From sequence record OR805292.1: a DNA stretch of 64,000 bases. The stretch is one strand, 5' to 3'. Below the pieces are notes generated by a model, which saw only the letters and a list, made by a program, of their open reading frames with translations, did no database searches and was not told the DNA's origin. Position 1 is the stretch's first letter. Each line of letters begins with the position of its first letter. Made by a program: the position numbers and the translations under genes. Below are positions 46,369-56,297 of the stretch, piece by piece.

Positions 46369-48099
46369 ATGCAACATATTGTTAAGTTCATAAAAAATAA
46401 CAGATTTATTATTTTATTTCTTGTAATATGCATAACTGGACTTGCGTTAACGATTAATTACAAGCCGACTAGTGTGTCTATAAACACCTTTTTATCAGAC
46501 GCAACGAGCGGTAAAATAATTAGTGTTAAATTAAAAGAAGATGGACAAACACTACAGTATGTTACTAATACATCAGACAGAAGAAAAGTAACATTCCCCG
46601 GAGATACCAGTAAATTAATAGAATCATTTCTTAAAGCAGGTGTTCCTGTAGTAACTGAAGAACCTTCTACCCCTAGTCCATTCCTTACTAGTTTGGTGTC
46701 TGGACTTATAGTAATGTTAGTATTTTTAATTTTAATGGTATTCGTTTTGAAGCGAATAGGTCCTGGTTCTTCATTAGATGCAAAAAGTAAATCCAAACTT
46801 CGCAAGATAGAACCGAAAGACATTGAAGTAACGTTTAACGATGTAGCTGGTCATACTCACGAAATAAATGAAGTAAAAGAGTTAGTTGATTTTATTGCTC
46901 ATCGATCTAAGTATTCTAGCATGGGAATAGATGTGCCTCGTGGAATTCTAATGCACGGCAGTCCAGGCGTCGGAAAAACACTTTTAGCAAAGGCAATGGC
47001 AAAAGAGGCAAATGTTAATTTTTTCTATGTTGCTGGATCTGAGTTTAATGATACATTTGTCGGTGTAGGTGCAAACCGTGTAACAGATATGTTTAAAAAA
47101 GCAAAGGAAGCTGCGCCGTGCATTATTTTCATAGACGAAATTGATGCACTTGCACAACAACGTTCTACTAAAATATCTAATGGGTCAGACCAAACACTCA
47201 ATCAGTTATTAGTAGAAATGGATGGAATGCAAGATAACGATGGTATTACAATTCTTGCAGCTACTAATAGACTAGATATATTAGACCCGGCTGTTATTCG
47301 TCCTAAACGATTTGACAGAATTGTTCAACTAAGTTTACCTGATGTGGGGATTAGACAGAAGATTTTAGAAATAAATGCAAATGGAAAAACATTTGAAGAC
47401 AATGTAGATTTTTCAGTAATAGCAAAAGGAACTCCAGGGTTCTCTGGTGCTGAGTTAGCTAAACTAGTTAATGAGGCTGCAATCTATGCAGTAAGGTCTG
47501 GACAAACTGTAATTACCCAGGAGCATGTAGAACGAGCAAAAGATAAGGTGTTAATGGGTGAAAATTCGACAAAGAAATATACCCAAGAAGAATTGCTTCG
47601 TACTGCATATCATGAAGCCGGTCATGCAATATCGGGTGTAATTTACAAATCTAATGATAACTTGCATAAAGTATCTATCATTCCTCGAGGTCTAGCACTA
47701 GGTGTAACTGTATTTCTTCCTAACGAAGAGCCTTCTGTTAGCAAAGAGCAGCTCATGAATAAATTAGTTACTTTAATGGCAGGCCGTGCAGCAGAAGAAC
47801 TCATATACGGTGAGTCTGCAATATCCACCGGCGCGAGTTCAGATATAAAGAGAGCAACCGAACTTGCAGTATACATGACTACATCGTGTGGTTTCGGTAG
47901 TATAGGACCAGTTGCGACATCGACCCTGTCTAGTTTGCAATCTAGTGCAGAACAAGATGCAGCAATTCTAGTAAAAGATGCGTACAATAAGGCCATAACA
48001 TTACTTTCGGATAAAAAGGCTGAATTAAAACTTGTAGCAGACTTGTTAATGGAAAAAGAAACAATAGATTGTGCAGAAGTAGAACAAGTTCTTGCATAA
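46369..48099 (+). CDS. ftsH: ATP-dependent zinc metalloprotease FtsH
   Basis: Two TM helices, GSPGVGKT, IIFIDEID, ATNR...RFDR, HEAGH. Confidence 0.96.
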   Translation: MQHIVKFIKNNRFIILFLVICITGLALTINYKPTSVSINTFLSDATSGKIISVKLKEDGQTLQYVTNTSDRRKVTFPGDTSKLIESFLKAGVPVVTEEPSTPSPFLTSLVSGLIVMLVFLILMVFVLKRIGPGSSLDAKSKSKLRKIEPKDIEVTFNDVAGHTHEINEVKELVDFIAHRSKYSSMGIDVPRGILMHGSPGVGKTLLAKAMAKEANVNFFYVAGSEFNDTFVGVGANRVTDMFKKAKEAAPCIIFIDEIDALAQQRSTKISNGSDQTLNQLLVEMDGMQDNDGITILAATNRLDILDPAVIRPKRFDRIVQLSLPDVGIRQKILEINANGKTFEDNVDFSVIAKGTPGFSGAELAKLVNEAAIYAVRSGQTVITQEHVERAKDKVLMGENSTKKYTQEELLRTAYHEAGHAISGVIYKSNDNLHKVSIIPRGLALGVTVFLPNEEPSVSKEQLMNKLVTLMAGRAAEELIYGESAISTGASSDIKRATELAVYMTTSCGFGSIGPVATSTLSSLQSSAEQDAAILVKDAYNKAITLLSDKKAELKLVADLLMEKETIDCAEVEQVLA

Positions 48100-48126
48100 T
48101 ATTAAGTAATTAAATAAGGCACTATT

Positions 48127-49497
48127 ATGATTCGTACAATTTTAGACGAAATCGGAAATACTACTAAACGAACTACTAAATTAGCTATTCTAGAAAGAAA
48201 CAAGGATAATGACACATTAAAAAAAGTAATACATTTGGCATTAAATCCATTTATTAACTTTTATATAAAGAAAATACCAGAATTCACGCGAACAGATACT
48301 ATTCTTACCTTAGAACAAGCACTAACCGAATTATCTGTTCTATCTGATAGAATAAAAACAGGTAATGCCGCAATATTGCATCTAACATATATTCTTTCTA
48401 GTTTAACAGATGACGATGCAAATGTAATTATCCGGATTATTAGAAAGGATTTACGCGCAGGGATACAAGATGCTACAGTTAATAAAATATGGAAGGATCT
48501 AGTACCTAAATATCCGTGCTTGCTAGCAGAACCTGCAACAGAAAATCTTCTTAGTAAATGCAAATTACCATATTATTCTCAGATAAAATCAGACGGAACT
48601 AGAATTAATATTCATGTTAGTAAATCCGGAATTGTTTCATTTTATGGAAGATCGGGTAAATCATACGATTTTAAAGATATTTTAGATGACGCGTTTGTTT
48701 CGCTAATTAAATATTTCGACGAAGATATGGTTTTTGATGGCGAATTAATAGTTGTAGATTCTAATAATAATATACTCCCCAGACGGACAGGAAACGGTAT
48801 CATAAGTAAAGCACAAAGTGATACCATTACAGATAATGAAATAAAGAATGTAAGAGCAATTCTTTGGGATTGTATTCCTCTTAGATGTTTTAATGAACAT
48901 AAATGCACTACACCCTATTCTAGTAGATTCGAAAGTTTATCGAATGCAATACATAAATTGCAAGTAGATGATGATTATATAGAAAGTAAAATATATAATA
49001 CTATTTTAGGAAATATAGGGCAAATTAGGTTAGCAGAAACTCGTCTCCTTTATAGCAAAGAGGAAGTAAAAATCTTCTTCGACGAAGCAATATCTAGAAA
49101 CGAAGAAGGCATAATGGTAAAATGTCCTGATAGTATATGGGAAAATAAACGAAGTAAGTTAGTATTAAAATATAAATCAGAAAAAGTATGCGAATTAATT
49201 GTAACTGGGTTTAATTACGGAACAGTAGGTACTAAAACAGAACATAAAGTTGGATCATTAATATGTGAAAGTTCAGACGGTAAGGTAATAGTCAACATAT
49301 CCGGTTTAACTGACAGCGAACGCGATGATGCAACAGCAAATTTTGAAAATAAATGGAAACATAGCATAGTGAGTGTTATGTATAATGAAAGAATTAAAAG
49401 CGTAGACCGAATAGGTGTTGATTCGCTTTTTCTTCCTAGATTTTTAGAAATAAGAACAGATAAATTTGAAGCAGATTCTAGCAAAGATATAAAATAA
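48127..49497 (+). CDS. lig: ATP-dependent DNA ligase (T4 gp30-like)
   Basis: IKSDG, FDGEL, EEGIMVK, WENKRS, LKYK, LFLPRF. Confidence 0.95.
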   Translation: MIRTILDEIGNTTKRTTKLAILERNKDNDTLKKVIHLALNPFINFYIKKIPEFTRTDTILTLEQALTELSVLSDRIKTGNAAILHLTYILSSLTDDDANVIIRIIRKDLRAGIQDATVNKIWKDLVPKYPCLLAEPATENLLSKCKLPYYSQIKSDGTRINIHVSKSGIVSFYGRSGKSYDFKDILDDAFVSLIKYFDEDMVFDGELIVVDSNNNILPRRTGNGIISKAQSDTITDNEIKNVRAILWDCIPLRCFNEHKCTTPYSSRFESLSNAIHKLQVDDDYIESKIYNTILGNIGQIRLAETRLLYSKEEVKIFFDEAISRNEEGIMVKCPDSIWENKRSKLVLKYKSEKVCELIVTGFNYGTVGTKTEHKVGSLICESSDGKVIVNISGLTDSERDDATANFENKWKHSIVSVMYNERIKSVDRIGVDSLFLPRFLEIRTDKFEADSSKDIK

Positions 49498-49506
49498 GGA
49501 TATTTT

Positions 49507-49668
49507 ATGATAAACGTAGGCGACGATGTTATTATTAAAACTGATTTCGGCGAGACAAGCGGCATTGTTATAAAATTTATATCTAATAAAACTATTGCTA
49601 TAGTAGAATTAGAAGACGGTAACGAAATAGAAATAGGCAAAGGCGACTTAGAGTTGAGTAATAAATAA
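49507..49668 (+). CDS. 53-aa SH3/KOW-like protein absent from the ORF track
   Basis: TAAGGA SD, ATG 49507, reads MINVGDDVIIKTDFGETSGIV...ELSNK to TAA 49666-49668. Confidence 0.7.
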   Translation: MINVGDDVIIKTDFGETSGIVIKFISNKTIAIVELEDGNEIEIGKGDLELSNK

Positions 49669-49687
49669 TAAAAAAGGATATACTATT

Positions 49688-50197
49688 ATGACATTACCTT
49701 CTTCGGGTTCTCTTTCTACACAGCAAATTAACGTTGAATTAGGAAATCCACAAGATGCTCGGTTAGATGTAAACGCTGCCGAAATGAGGATATTATGTGG
49801 TGCAGCAACTACAGGGCAAGTAAGTATTGCTGGCGCATATGGTAGAATGCCAACAGGACAATATATATTAACTTCTGCTCAGTTGCAAGCTGCACCGAAT
49901 GCCCAATATGGATATAGAGTGTTTGCAACAGGTTCTAAAATAAACAATATTGTTTTTAAAGGATACAATTTAACTATAGTTGCATGGAATGATTACGATA
50001 AAGTGCTAGGAATAGGTGTCGATCAAACTAATGCACCAACCAACTTAGTAACTAATTTCTGGAGTTCTGTAACCGGTTATTTAGGTGCACCAACACAATA
50101 TACTTCAGATTTAGGAGGTAATACAGTATACGGATGGACATGGAATGGTACAAATCCATTCCCTGTATCTTCGGTTCAAATGGTACAAATTGTGTAA
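49688..50197 (+). CDS. Putative virion/tail-associated protein
   Basis: MTLPSSG.LS...IN.ELG N-terminus typical of phage fibre-associated proteins; TAAATA 49662-49667. Confidence 0.6.
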   Translation: MTLPSSGSLSTQQINVELGNPQDARLDVNAAEMRILCGAATTGQVSIAGAYGRMPTGQYILTSAQLQAAPNAQYGYRVFATGSKINNIVFKGYNLTIVAWNDYDKVLGIGVDQTNAPTNLVTNFWSSVTGYLGAPTQYTSDLGGNTVYGWTWNGTNPFPVSSVQMVQIV

Positions 50198-50227
50198 AAT
50201 AAAAGGGCATTGAGCCCTTTTATTTTA
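50195..50227. terminator. Bidirectional terminator
   Basis: TAAAATAAAAGGGC-attga-GCCCTTTTATTTTA. Confidence 0.85.
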
Positions 50228-50293
50228 TCATAATTGTGTATATATTTTATATATTTGGTGTTATAATGTATACAATAACAAGAGAATATTATA

Positions 50294-51067
50294 ATGACAC
50301 CACGTTTAAAGGAATTACTAGAATCACTTATAATTTTAGATACAGAAACTACACATTTAGATACTCGTGTAGCAGAAATAATAGAATTAGGTATAGCGTC
50401 TTATACTAACAAATGGACTTATAGTAGTGAATTATTTAAACCCAGAGTTAATCATGCGCAAATAACTCCTAAAATAAGTTCTATAACTGGCATAACAGAT
50501 CGTATGGTAGAAGGAAAACCTACTTTTGCCGATGTAGTTGACCAATACAAATCTATTACAAACTGCCAACTAATCGTTGCACACAATGCTCCGTATGATA
50601 AAAAGGTACTAGAGAGATATGACATAGCATCTAGCACTAATTGGTTGTGTACTTTAAAACTTGCACGATATGCATATCAAACCGATCCTACTTTTGAAGA
50701 ATTTAAATTATCTTATCTAAGATATAAATTAATGTTAGATATTCCTGACGATTTCGTAGCGCATAGAGCAGGAGAAGATGCATATATGTGCGGTGTATTA
50801 TTGGAACGAATAGTAACTGATTTAGAGTCTAAGAATAAATTAGATAGTGATATACCGTATGCAGATCAACTTATAGAAATATCTAATAAGCCGTTAATGC
50901 TTTCGTCTATGCCATTTGGCAAACATAAAGATAAACCCTTAGATGAAGTTCCGATGGACTATTGGATTTGGGCATTAAATAATTTAGATGCATTAGACGA
51001 AACAAAACCCGAATATAATAGAGACTTAGCGTATACATTAGAACAATATTTGAGCGATAAGATATAA
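50294..51067 (+). CDS. DEDDh 3'-5' exonuclease (ExoX/DnaQ-like)
   Basis: LDTETT, AHNAPYD, HRAGED, C-terminal MPFGKHK. Confidence 0.92.
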   Translation: MTPRLKELLESLIILDTETTHLDTRVAEIIELGIASYTNKWTYSSELFKPRVNHAQITPKISSITGITDRMVEGKPTFADVVDQYKSITNCQLIVAHNAPYDKKVLERYDIASSTNWLCTLKLARYAYQTDPTFEEFKLSYLRYKLMLDIPDDFVAHRAGEDAYMCGVLLERIVTDLESKNKLDSDIPYADQLIEISNKPLMLSSMPFGKHKDKPLDEVPMDYWIWALNNLDALDETKPEYNRDLAYTLEQYLSDKI

Positions 51068-51093
51068 AAATGCCCCGTACGGGGCATTTTTAT
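51064..51093. terminator. 30-bp perfect palindrome between convergent genes
   Basis: ATAAAAATGCCCCGT/ACGGGGCATTTTTAT. Confidence 0.85.
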
Positions 51094-51461
51094 CTATCCA
51101 TAATATTTCCAGGACCATATGGAATATCGTTGTATTGTTTATAACTAGGATCTATTTTTTGGTAAGGCTCAAACGGTAATCCTGCACGTTCTTTTGCCAT
51201 TTGTAAACCTCTAAAACCAGGAGATTGTGTATCGTCGTTTTTTGGATGATTATTAAATGGTTTGTTGGCAGGATTTTTCGGAATAGTTTTAAATACAGGA
51301 GTCGGTCCGTCACCTGTCATACCCAAAACAGCATATCTCTTAATCTGTTTTTGGTTATTAGTATATAATTCTGGATTGTAAAATGCATCAATGTCAGTGT
51401 TTGCAGCACCGTACAATTCTATATGTGTTTTATTTTCTAGTATTATTTCTTTTATTTTCAT
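51090..51461 (-). CDS. Putative head-packaged late protein
   Basis: MKIKEIILE leader; minus-strand TAAATA at 51467-51472, 5 nt before the ATG. Confidence 0.6.
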   Translation of the reverse strand: MKIKEIILENKTHIELYGAANTDIDAFYNPELYTNNQKQIKRYAVLGMTGDGPTPVFKTIPKNPANKPFNNHPKNDDTQSPGFRGLQMAKERAGLPFEPYQKIDPSYKQYNDIPYGPGNIMDR

Positions 51462-51495
51462 AACAATATTTATCATACTAAACTTTAATTATAAC

Positions 51496-51524
51496 TAGAC
51501 GATGTATAACAACATTGCTATTAT
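51496..51524 (+). promoter_or_regulatory. Sigma70 promoter of clpP
   Basis: TAGACG, 17 nt, TATTAT with extended TG. Confidence 0.7.
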
Positions 51525-51557
51525 ATACACAACGTAAACAAACACAGGACTTATTAT

Positions 51558-52229
51558 ATGAGCTACAATTATACAGCACAAGGACAATATCCTACCGAAG
51601 CTGGGTTGATCCCCATGGTTGTCGAAAATAACGGCAACGGCGAACGTAGTTGGGATATTTATTCCCGTCTTCTAAAAGAGCGCATTGTTTTTCTTAATGG
51701 TCCAGTTCGCGACGAAATGGCATCTGTAATTGTTGCCCAGCTTCTTTTCCTCGAATCAGAATCGGCAGAACAGCCCGTTTCGATGTATATTAACTCTCCG
51801 GGCGGCAGCGTTACTGCTGGTTTGTCTATTTATAACACGATGGAATATATTTCGTGTCCCGTTAATACCATCGTGTTAGGCCAAGCATGCAGTATGGGGT
51901 CTTTCCTAGCACAAGCAGGTACTCCGGGGCATCGTTATGTGTCTAGCGAATCCCGCACTATGATTCATCGAGCCAGCGGCGGCTTCGGGGGATTCGGCGG
52001 CACAACTCAACAAGTTGAGTTAGGAATCGAAGATGCTGTCCGCCATGCGGCAGAACTATCTAAAATTAACAAGCGTCTCACCGAGCTGTATGTCCATCAT
52101 AACACTGCCGGCAAGACGTTCGACGAATTTATCGAAATTATGAAATTCGACACATTCCTCTCTGCTCAAGAAGCAGTTGAGTTCGGGTTGGCAGACAAAG
52201 TATTCCGCACTAAAGCTGACCTGAAGTAA
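51558..52229 (+). CDS. clpP: ATP-dependent Clp protease proteolytic subunit
   Basis: [31 protein letters not shown] (Ser), MIH (His), FD.FLSA.EA.EFGL.D. Confidence 0.97.
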   Translation: MSYNYTAQGQYPTEAGLIPMVVENNGNGERSWDIYSRLLKERIVFLNGPVRDEMASVIVAQLLFLESESAEQPVSMYINSPGGSVTAGLSIYNTMEYISCPVNTIVLGQACSMGSFLAQAGTPGHRYVSSESRTMIHRASGGFGGFGGTTQQVELGIEDAVRHAAELSKINKRLTELYVHHNTAGKTFDEFIEIMKFDTFLSAQEAVEFGLADKVFRTKADLK

Positions 52230-52255
52230 CTATTCACTGTAGCTGGTGATAATTT

Positions 52256-52280
52256 AAGGGGACTTCGGTCCCCTTTTTTT
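52256..52280 (+). terminator. Intrinsic terminator after clpP
   Basis: GGGGAC-TTCG-GTCCCC followed by T7. Confidence 0.92.
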
Positions 52281-52352
52281 GTGTGAGCATTATTTGTTTA
52301 AGGTAAATTAAATAACACTATATAAATGTCGTGTGTAGTGTTTTAAATGCAT

Positions 52353-52381
52353 TAAAAACCCCGCATAATGCGGGGTTTTTA
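52353..52381. terminator. Bidirectional terminator
   Basis: TAAAAACCCCGCAT-A-ATGCGGGGTTTTTA. Confidence 0.85.
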
Positions 52382-52438
52382 GTAATTGTGTTACAGCGCA
52401 AACACATAAACATTATACGCTAAATTGTGTTAAAAATG

Positions 52439-52669
52439 CTACTCGTCTATGTAATATTTAATGCGTTGAAATACTAACTCATCATATTCTTTAAATCTTA
52501 CACGGGTTCCTAGCCTAACACATTTGTTTATTCCGAGCTCTGCTACTACATCTATAGCATCTTTTATATTTTTAAACTGTAATTGGTTGTTTTCCCAAGA
52601 ATTCCAGTTTGTAATATATGTTTTTGCATGCATATAAGATTCGCCGTATGTTTTTTGCTCTTCAGACAT
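52439..52669 (-). CDS. Hypothetical protein
   Basis: 76-aa ORF with AGGA SD on the minus strand and its own terminator. Confidence 0.55.
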   Translation of the reverse strand: MSEEQKTYGESYMHAKTYITNWNSWENNQLQFKNIKDAIDVVAELGINKCVRLGTRVRFKEYDELVFQRIKYYIDE

Positions 52670-52756
52670 TGTATTTTCCTATATATTAAACGAAAACAAC
52701 TTGCTTTTGTATAAAATTATGTTATAATTCTAGCATAATAAAAAGGAGTAAGTCAA

Positions 52757-53014
52757 ATGGATTTTAGTAATCTTCCTAAGAAACAATACACCACTACAGG
52801 AAACTATGTACAGGCTACTACTATTTTTAAAAATAAAAATACAGAATGGACTTTTGTAGATCTAGAACTAGATTTATCCGATATTGTAAATAAATCTTTG
52901 GTAATTTGGTGTGATGAAAACGTAGAATCTAAATGGACCATGCTAGGCGGATCTAAATTTGGATTCGAAGATGGCTCGGAAGCGCTAATGTTCAAATTAC
53001 AGTTTGGACTTTAA
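52757..53014 (+). CDS. Small WCxEN-family protein
   Basis: WCDENV...FGFEDGSEALMFKL; promoter TTGCTT...TGTTATAAT at 52701-52728. Confidence 0.65.
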   Translation: MDFSNLPKKQYTTTGNYVQATTIFKNKNTEWTFVDLELDLSDIVNKSLVIWCDENVESKWTMLGGSKFGFEDGSEALMFKLQFGL

Positions 53015-53029
53015 TAGGAGCTAATAACA

Positions 53030-53230
53030 ATGATGAGCCTAGATGATAAATTGCAAATTATAAATTCTTCTAGTTTAGAAGATTTGTATATTTTCCAAGA
53101 AACTTACAGTAAACTATTAGAAGATAATAGGTATTGTTATGATAAAGATGTTGAAATACTTTGTTCAACGACTAATGAGCGTATTAGGCAAATCTCACGA
53201 GAATTCATCAACAATACACATAGATCCTAA
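53030..53230 (+). CDS. Hypothetical protein
   Basis: 66-aa ORF, AGGAG SD. Confidence 0.5.
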   Translation: MMSLDDKLQIINSSSLEDLYIFQETYSKLLEDNRYCYDKDVEILCSTTNERIRQISREFINNTHRS

Positions 53231-53396
53231 TCCCCACACTGCAGAAACATTACACGAACTTATACTCTGGTGCAATGAAAATTGTAGATACAAATGGGAA
53301 TTAGATGTAGAACATAATTCGGGTAAAATTACTAGATATATATTTACTTTTAGAAATAAAGAAGAAGCAGTAACATTTGGATTAATACATAAATGA
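53175..53396 (+). CDS. Small WCxEN-family protein
   Basis: WCNENC...FTFRNKEEAVTFGL; start uncertain. Confidence 0.55.
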   Translation: MSVLGKSHENSSTIHIDPNPHTAETLHELILWCNENCRYKWELDVEHNSGKITRYIFTFRNKEEAVTFGLIHK

Positions 53397-54427
53397 TTAG
53401 AATACCGGAAGAAATTTTTGTAGGAACTAGAATTCCCAATACATCAGGAACACAAAAAACTAACCAAATTCCTGCCGGCGGAATGTGTCCTTACGAAAAA
53501 ACAAGACACCAGAAAATGGAGTCTATAAATAGATATTATAAAAATAGCACCACTGTATACGCAAACCAGCCCTTGCCGGGATTTACTATAATTAAATCAT
53601 CAACTTGGCGAGGAAATACTAGTCTGTGGACTGTATGTGATCCCAGAGGGTTTACAATAGAGATAAGCTCAAACAACATTACTTCTATTCTAAGTTGTGG
53701 CAGCATCTCAGAAGGATTAATCCAAGACAAATGTGTGTGGGGATATGATTCTGGCGAAAACGTATTAATACCAGAATCGTCTAGTCTATATAAATCTGCC
53801 AGAGAAAATACTAAACTATTAGAGTCGAAAATTAAATTATCCGAAGTTCCTATAGGATCTTGGGTGAAATTAAAATCTAAAGTAGAGTGCGTATATCTAG
53901 GATCATTTAATTTTATAGAACTTTGCGGACAATATTATTATCAAACTAAGAGTCATTCATATGAATTACTATCTACTGCAAAGAAAAAATTGCTCTTTGC
54001 AAAAATAGATAATATTAGTAATACATTAACATATTTTATAGAATCTACAAATAAGATTGCAACTGTAGGTAATGTATTAGATGAGTTTAGTGACAAAGAT
54101 GTAAATAGGGATAATTTTAATAAAATTGCATCAGATCAATACACTAAACTAGACAAATACGATTGTATTGTGCCTTTTAATATCTTTGGTGCATTTAACA
54201 AAAAAGTAGAAATAGAAAATGTAAATGTATCTAGTGATATAGACGAACATGCATATTCTATAAAATTAATGTACCACGTAATGGGACATTTTACACTTGG
54301 TAGACGCAATTATAATTATTATATATTTAAACCGGATGGCACGCATAAATTATCTGTAGAATGGAATTCTAGAAATCCATTGCCAAGTACAACAGAACAC
54401 GGATATTTGAATATTAAATTTAAATAA
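53393..54427 (+). CDS. Conserved phage hypothetical protein
   Basis: 344-aa ORF with W.V.DPRGF.IEI motif. Confidence 0.6.
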   Translation: MIRIPEEIFVGTRIPNTSGTQKTNQIPAGGMCPYEKTRHQKMESINRYYKNSTTVYANQPLPGFTIIKSSTWRGNTSLWTVCDPRGFTIEISSNNITSILSCGSISEGLIQDKCVWGYDSGENVLIPESSSLYKSARENTKLLESKIKLSEVPIGSWVKLKSKVECVYLGSFNFIELCGQYYYQTKSHSYELLSTAKKKLLFAKIDNISNTLTYFIESTNKIATVGNVLDEFSDKDVNRDNFNKIASDQYTKLDKYDCIVPFNIFGAFNKKVEIENVNVSSDIDEHAYSIKLMYHVMGHFTLGRRNYNYYIFKPDGTHKLSVEWNSRNPLPSTTEHGYLNIKFK

Positions 54428-54903
54428 TGAACATATTAGATAAAAAATGGAAAACCAGGTTAATAGAATTAACTAAATTAATAGCGTCTTGGTCTAAAGA
54501 TCCATCTACTAAAACGGGTGCATTAATTGTAACTAAAATCGGAGAACCTGTTAGCTTTGGGTTTAATGGATTTCCGAAGGGAGTAGATGACGACGAATCT
54601 CTTTATAATAATAGAGAGTTTAAGTTATTAGCGTGCGAGCACGCAGAGCGAAATGCAATATATCAAGCCACTGTATCATTAAAAGGATGTGTTTTATATA
54701 CAACTCATCATCCGTGTGCATCTTGTGCAAGGGCTATTATTCAGTCCGGTATAACACATGTTATAATAGACGAATCTATATTAATACAAGACACTGGATA
54801 TAATGACCGATGGACAGAAGAATTAAAAGTATCTAAATGGCTATTTAATCAAGCAAACGTAACAGTATTAACGTCAGGGGATGACAATGAGCACAAACAA
54901 TAA
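54427..54903 (+). CDS. dCMP deaminase
   Basis: WSKDPSTK.GA, GFNGFP.G, HAE.NAI, PCASC. Confidence 0.93.
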   Translation: MNILDKKWKTRLIELTKLIASWSKDPSTKTGALIVTKIGEPVSFGFNGFPKGVDDDESLYNNREFKLLACEHAERNAIYQATVSLKGCVLYTTHHPCASCARAIIQSGITHVIIDESILIQDTGYNDRWTEELKVSKWLFNQANVTVLTSGDDNEHKQ

Positions 54904-55288
54904 TTATACTAAATTTGTACAGAAACTACTTAGTGAACCGAGTTCTAATTTCGATGCATATATCGATGCACTAAAAAAGCTCAAAGCAAATGGCTGTAAG
55001 ATAGAAACATTAGATACTGCAAGCCAGGGTATGCTAGCAGAATCGGGTGAATTTGGGGAAATTGTTAAGAAACTTAAATATCAAGGAAAAGAATATACAG
55101 ATGATGTGGTATATCATCTAAAACGAGAATTAGGCGACGTAATGTTCTATGTTGTTTCGGCTTGTATTGCACTCGATATTTCCCTAGATGAAATAATTGG
55201 CATGAATGTAGAAAAACTAGAGGCACGGTATCCGGGAGGAAAATTTAATGTCTATGAATCCGAAGTTCGGAAAGAATCCGATATATAA
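54887..55288 (+). CDS. mazG: MazG-like nucleotide pyrophosphohydrolase
   Basis: AESGEF.E.VKK, ELGDV.FY, N.EKL..RYP. Confidence 0.88.
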   Translation: MSTNNNYTKFVQKLLSEPSSNFDAYIDALKKLKANGCKIETLDTASQGMLAESGEFGEIVKKLKYQGKEYTDDVVYHLKRELGDVMFYVVSACIALDISLDEIIGMNVEKLEARYPGGKFNVYESEVRKESDI

Positions 55289-55685
55289 CAATATTTATAA
55301 AGATATAAGTGGTCAAATGGAAGTATCCAACGATCCATTTAAATTATATAATAATCCGTTAATGACTCATTTTGATGTAGCAGAACACATATGTTTTGTC
55401 AAAACAGTATGCGGAAGGATTGTACCGTTATGCAATATATTAGAACTTTCTGAAAAGGTTACGGTCGATTGCGACGCAGGAATTGTGGATATAATCTCAG
55501 ATAACCAAGCACAGCTTTATATAAATTGCAAAACACAGGGAGGAACTGCATGGTATGGGGTTGATGTGTCACCTGATAATTATAGAGAATGTTTAGGTGA
55601 GGAATTCTATTTTCAAAATTATGCTATAGTGAAACATGCAATTATCTTGGCTTGGACAAAATATATGTTGCAACATGCGCAGTAA
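55248..55685 (+). CDS. Hypothetical protein
   Basis: 145-aa ORF; start uncertain. Confidence 0.45.
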   Translation: MSMNPKFGKNPIYNNIYKDISGQMEVSNDPFKLYNNPLMTHFDVAEHICFVKTVCGRIVPLCNILELSEKVTVDCDAGIVDIISDNQAQLYINCKTQGGTAWYGVDVSPDNYRECLGEEFYFQNYAIVKHAIILAWTKYMLQHAQ

Positions 55686-55732
55686 TAATATATTATAAGT
55701 ACAAATCAACATAACTACCGGGTATCAACGCA

Positions 55733-56002
55733 ATGTCTACGAACAGCAACGCCAAGGATGTTAAGTTCGAAATCGACTTCGACGACGTTGAGCAGTTTAA
55801 TAAATTTGTTTCTTTTATGAACAGTCAGTTTGGTCATGGTAGAAAAAATTGGTCGGCAGGATCGCCGCGGTATTCTATTAAACGGATTCTCTCGCAGCGT
55901 TCTGCCCGGTTTGTTAGAACTAAAAAGCCGTTTCCGGTTCGTGTGTACAATACCGACATGGATGCTGAACATATTCTTGTTCTAATAAAACTTTGTTTAT
56001 AA
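55733..56002 (+). CDS. Hypothetical early protein
   Basis: Own promoter TTGCAA-17-TATTAT (55668-55696); visibly GC-richer codons. Confidence 0.6.
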   Translation: MSTNSNAKDVKFEIDFDDVEQFNKFVSFMNSQFGHGRKNWSAGSPRYSIKRILSQRSARFVRTKKPFPVRVYNTDMDAEHILVLIKLCL

Positions 56003-56016
56003 TAAAAGGTAAAGGA

Positions 56017-56277
56017 ATGAAAGTATTAGTCACGGAAGACTCAACAATAATACCACTAAACACAATTGCCGAAGTTAAGTACCAGAAATCCACAGAAGAG
56101 TATGTAGTTTCTTTTATATCTGGAAAAATTAGAATAGAAATTCTAACAAAATATGGGCGTACTCATATAGTAAATTTAAGGGATCAATCGAATATAGATG
56201 CATCATTTGCTACTGCTAGTGATGAAGTTATTTATAAAAAATTTCTAGATTCGTGGATTTTGTCGCTGAAACCTTAG
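56017..56277 (+). CDS. Hypothetical protein
   Basis: ATG 56017 after an AAGG SD. Confidence 0.5.
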   Translation: MKVLVTEDSTIIPLNTIAEVKYQKSTEEYVVSFISGKIRIEILTKYGRTHIVNLRDQSNIDASFATASDEVIYKKFLDSWILSLKP

Positions 56278-56297
56278 GCAACTTTTTGAAAAGAAAG

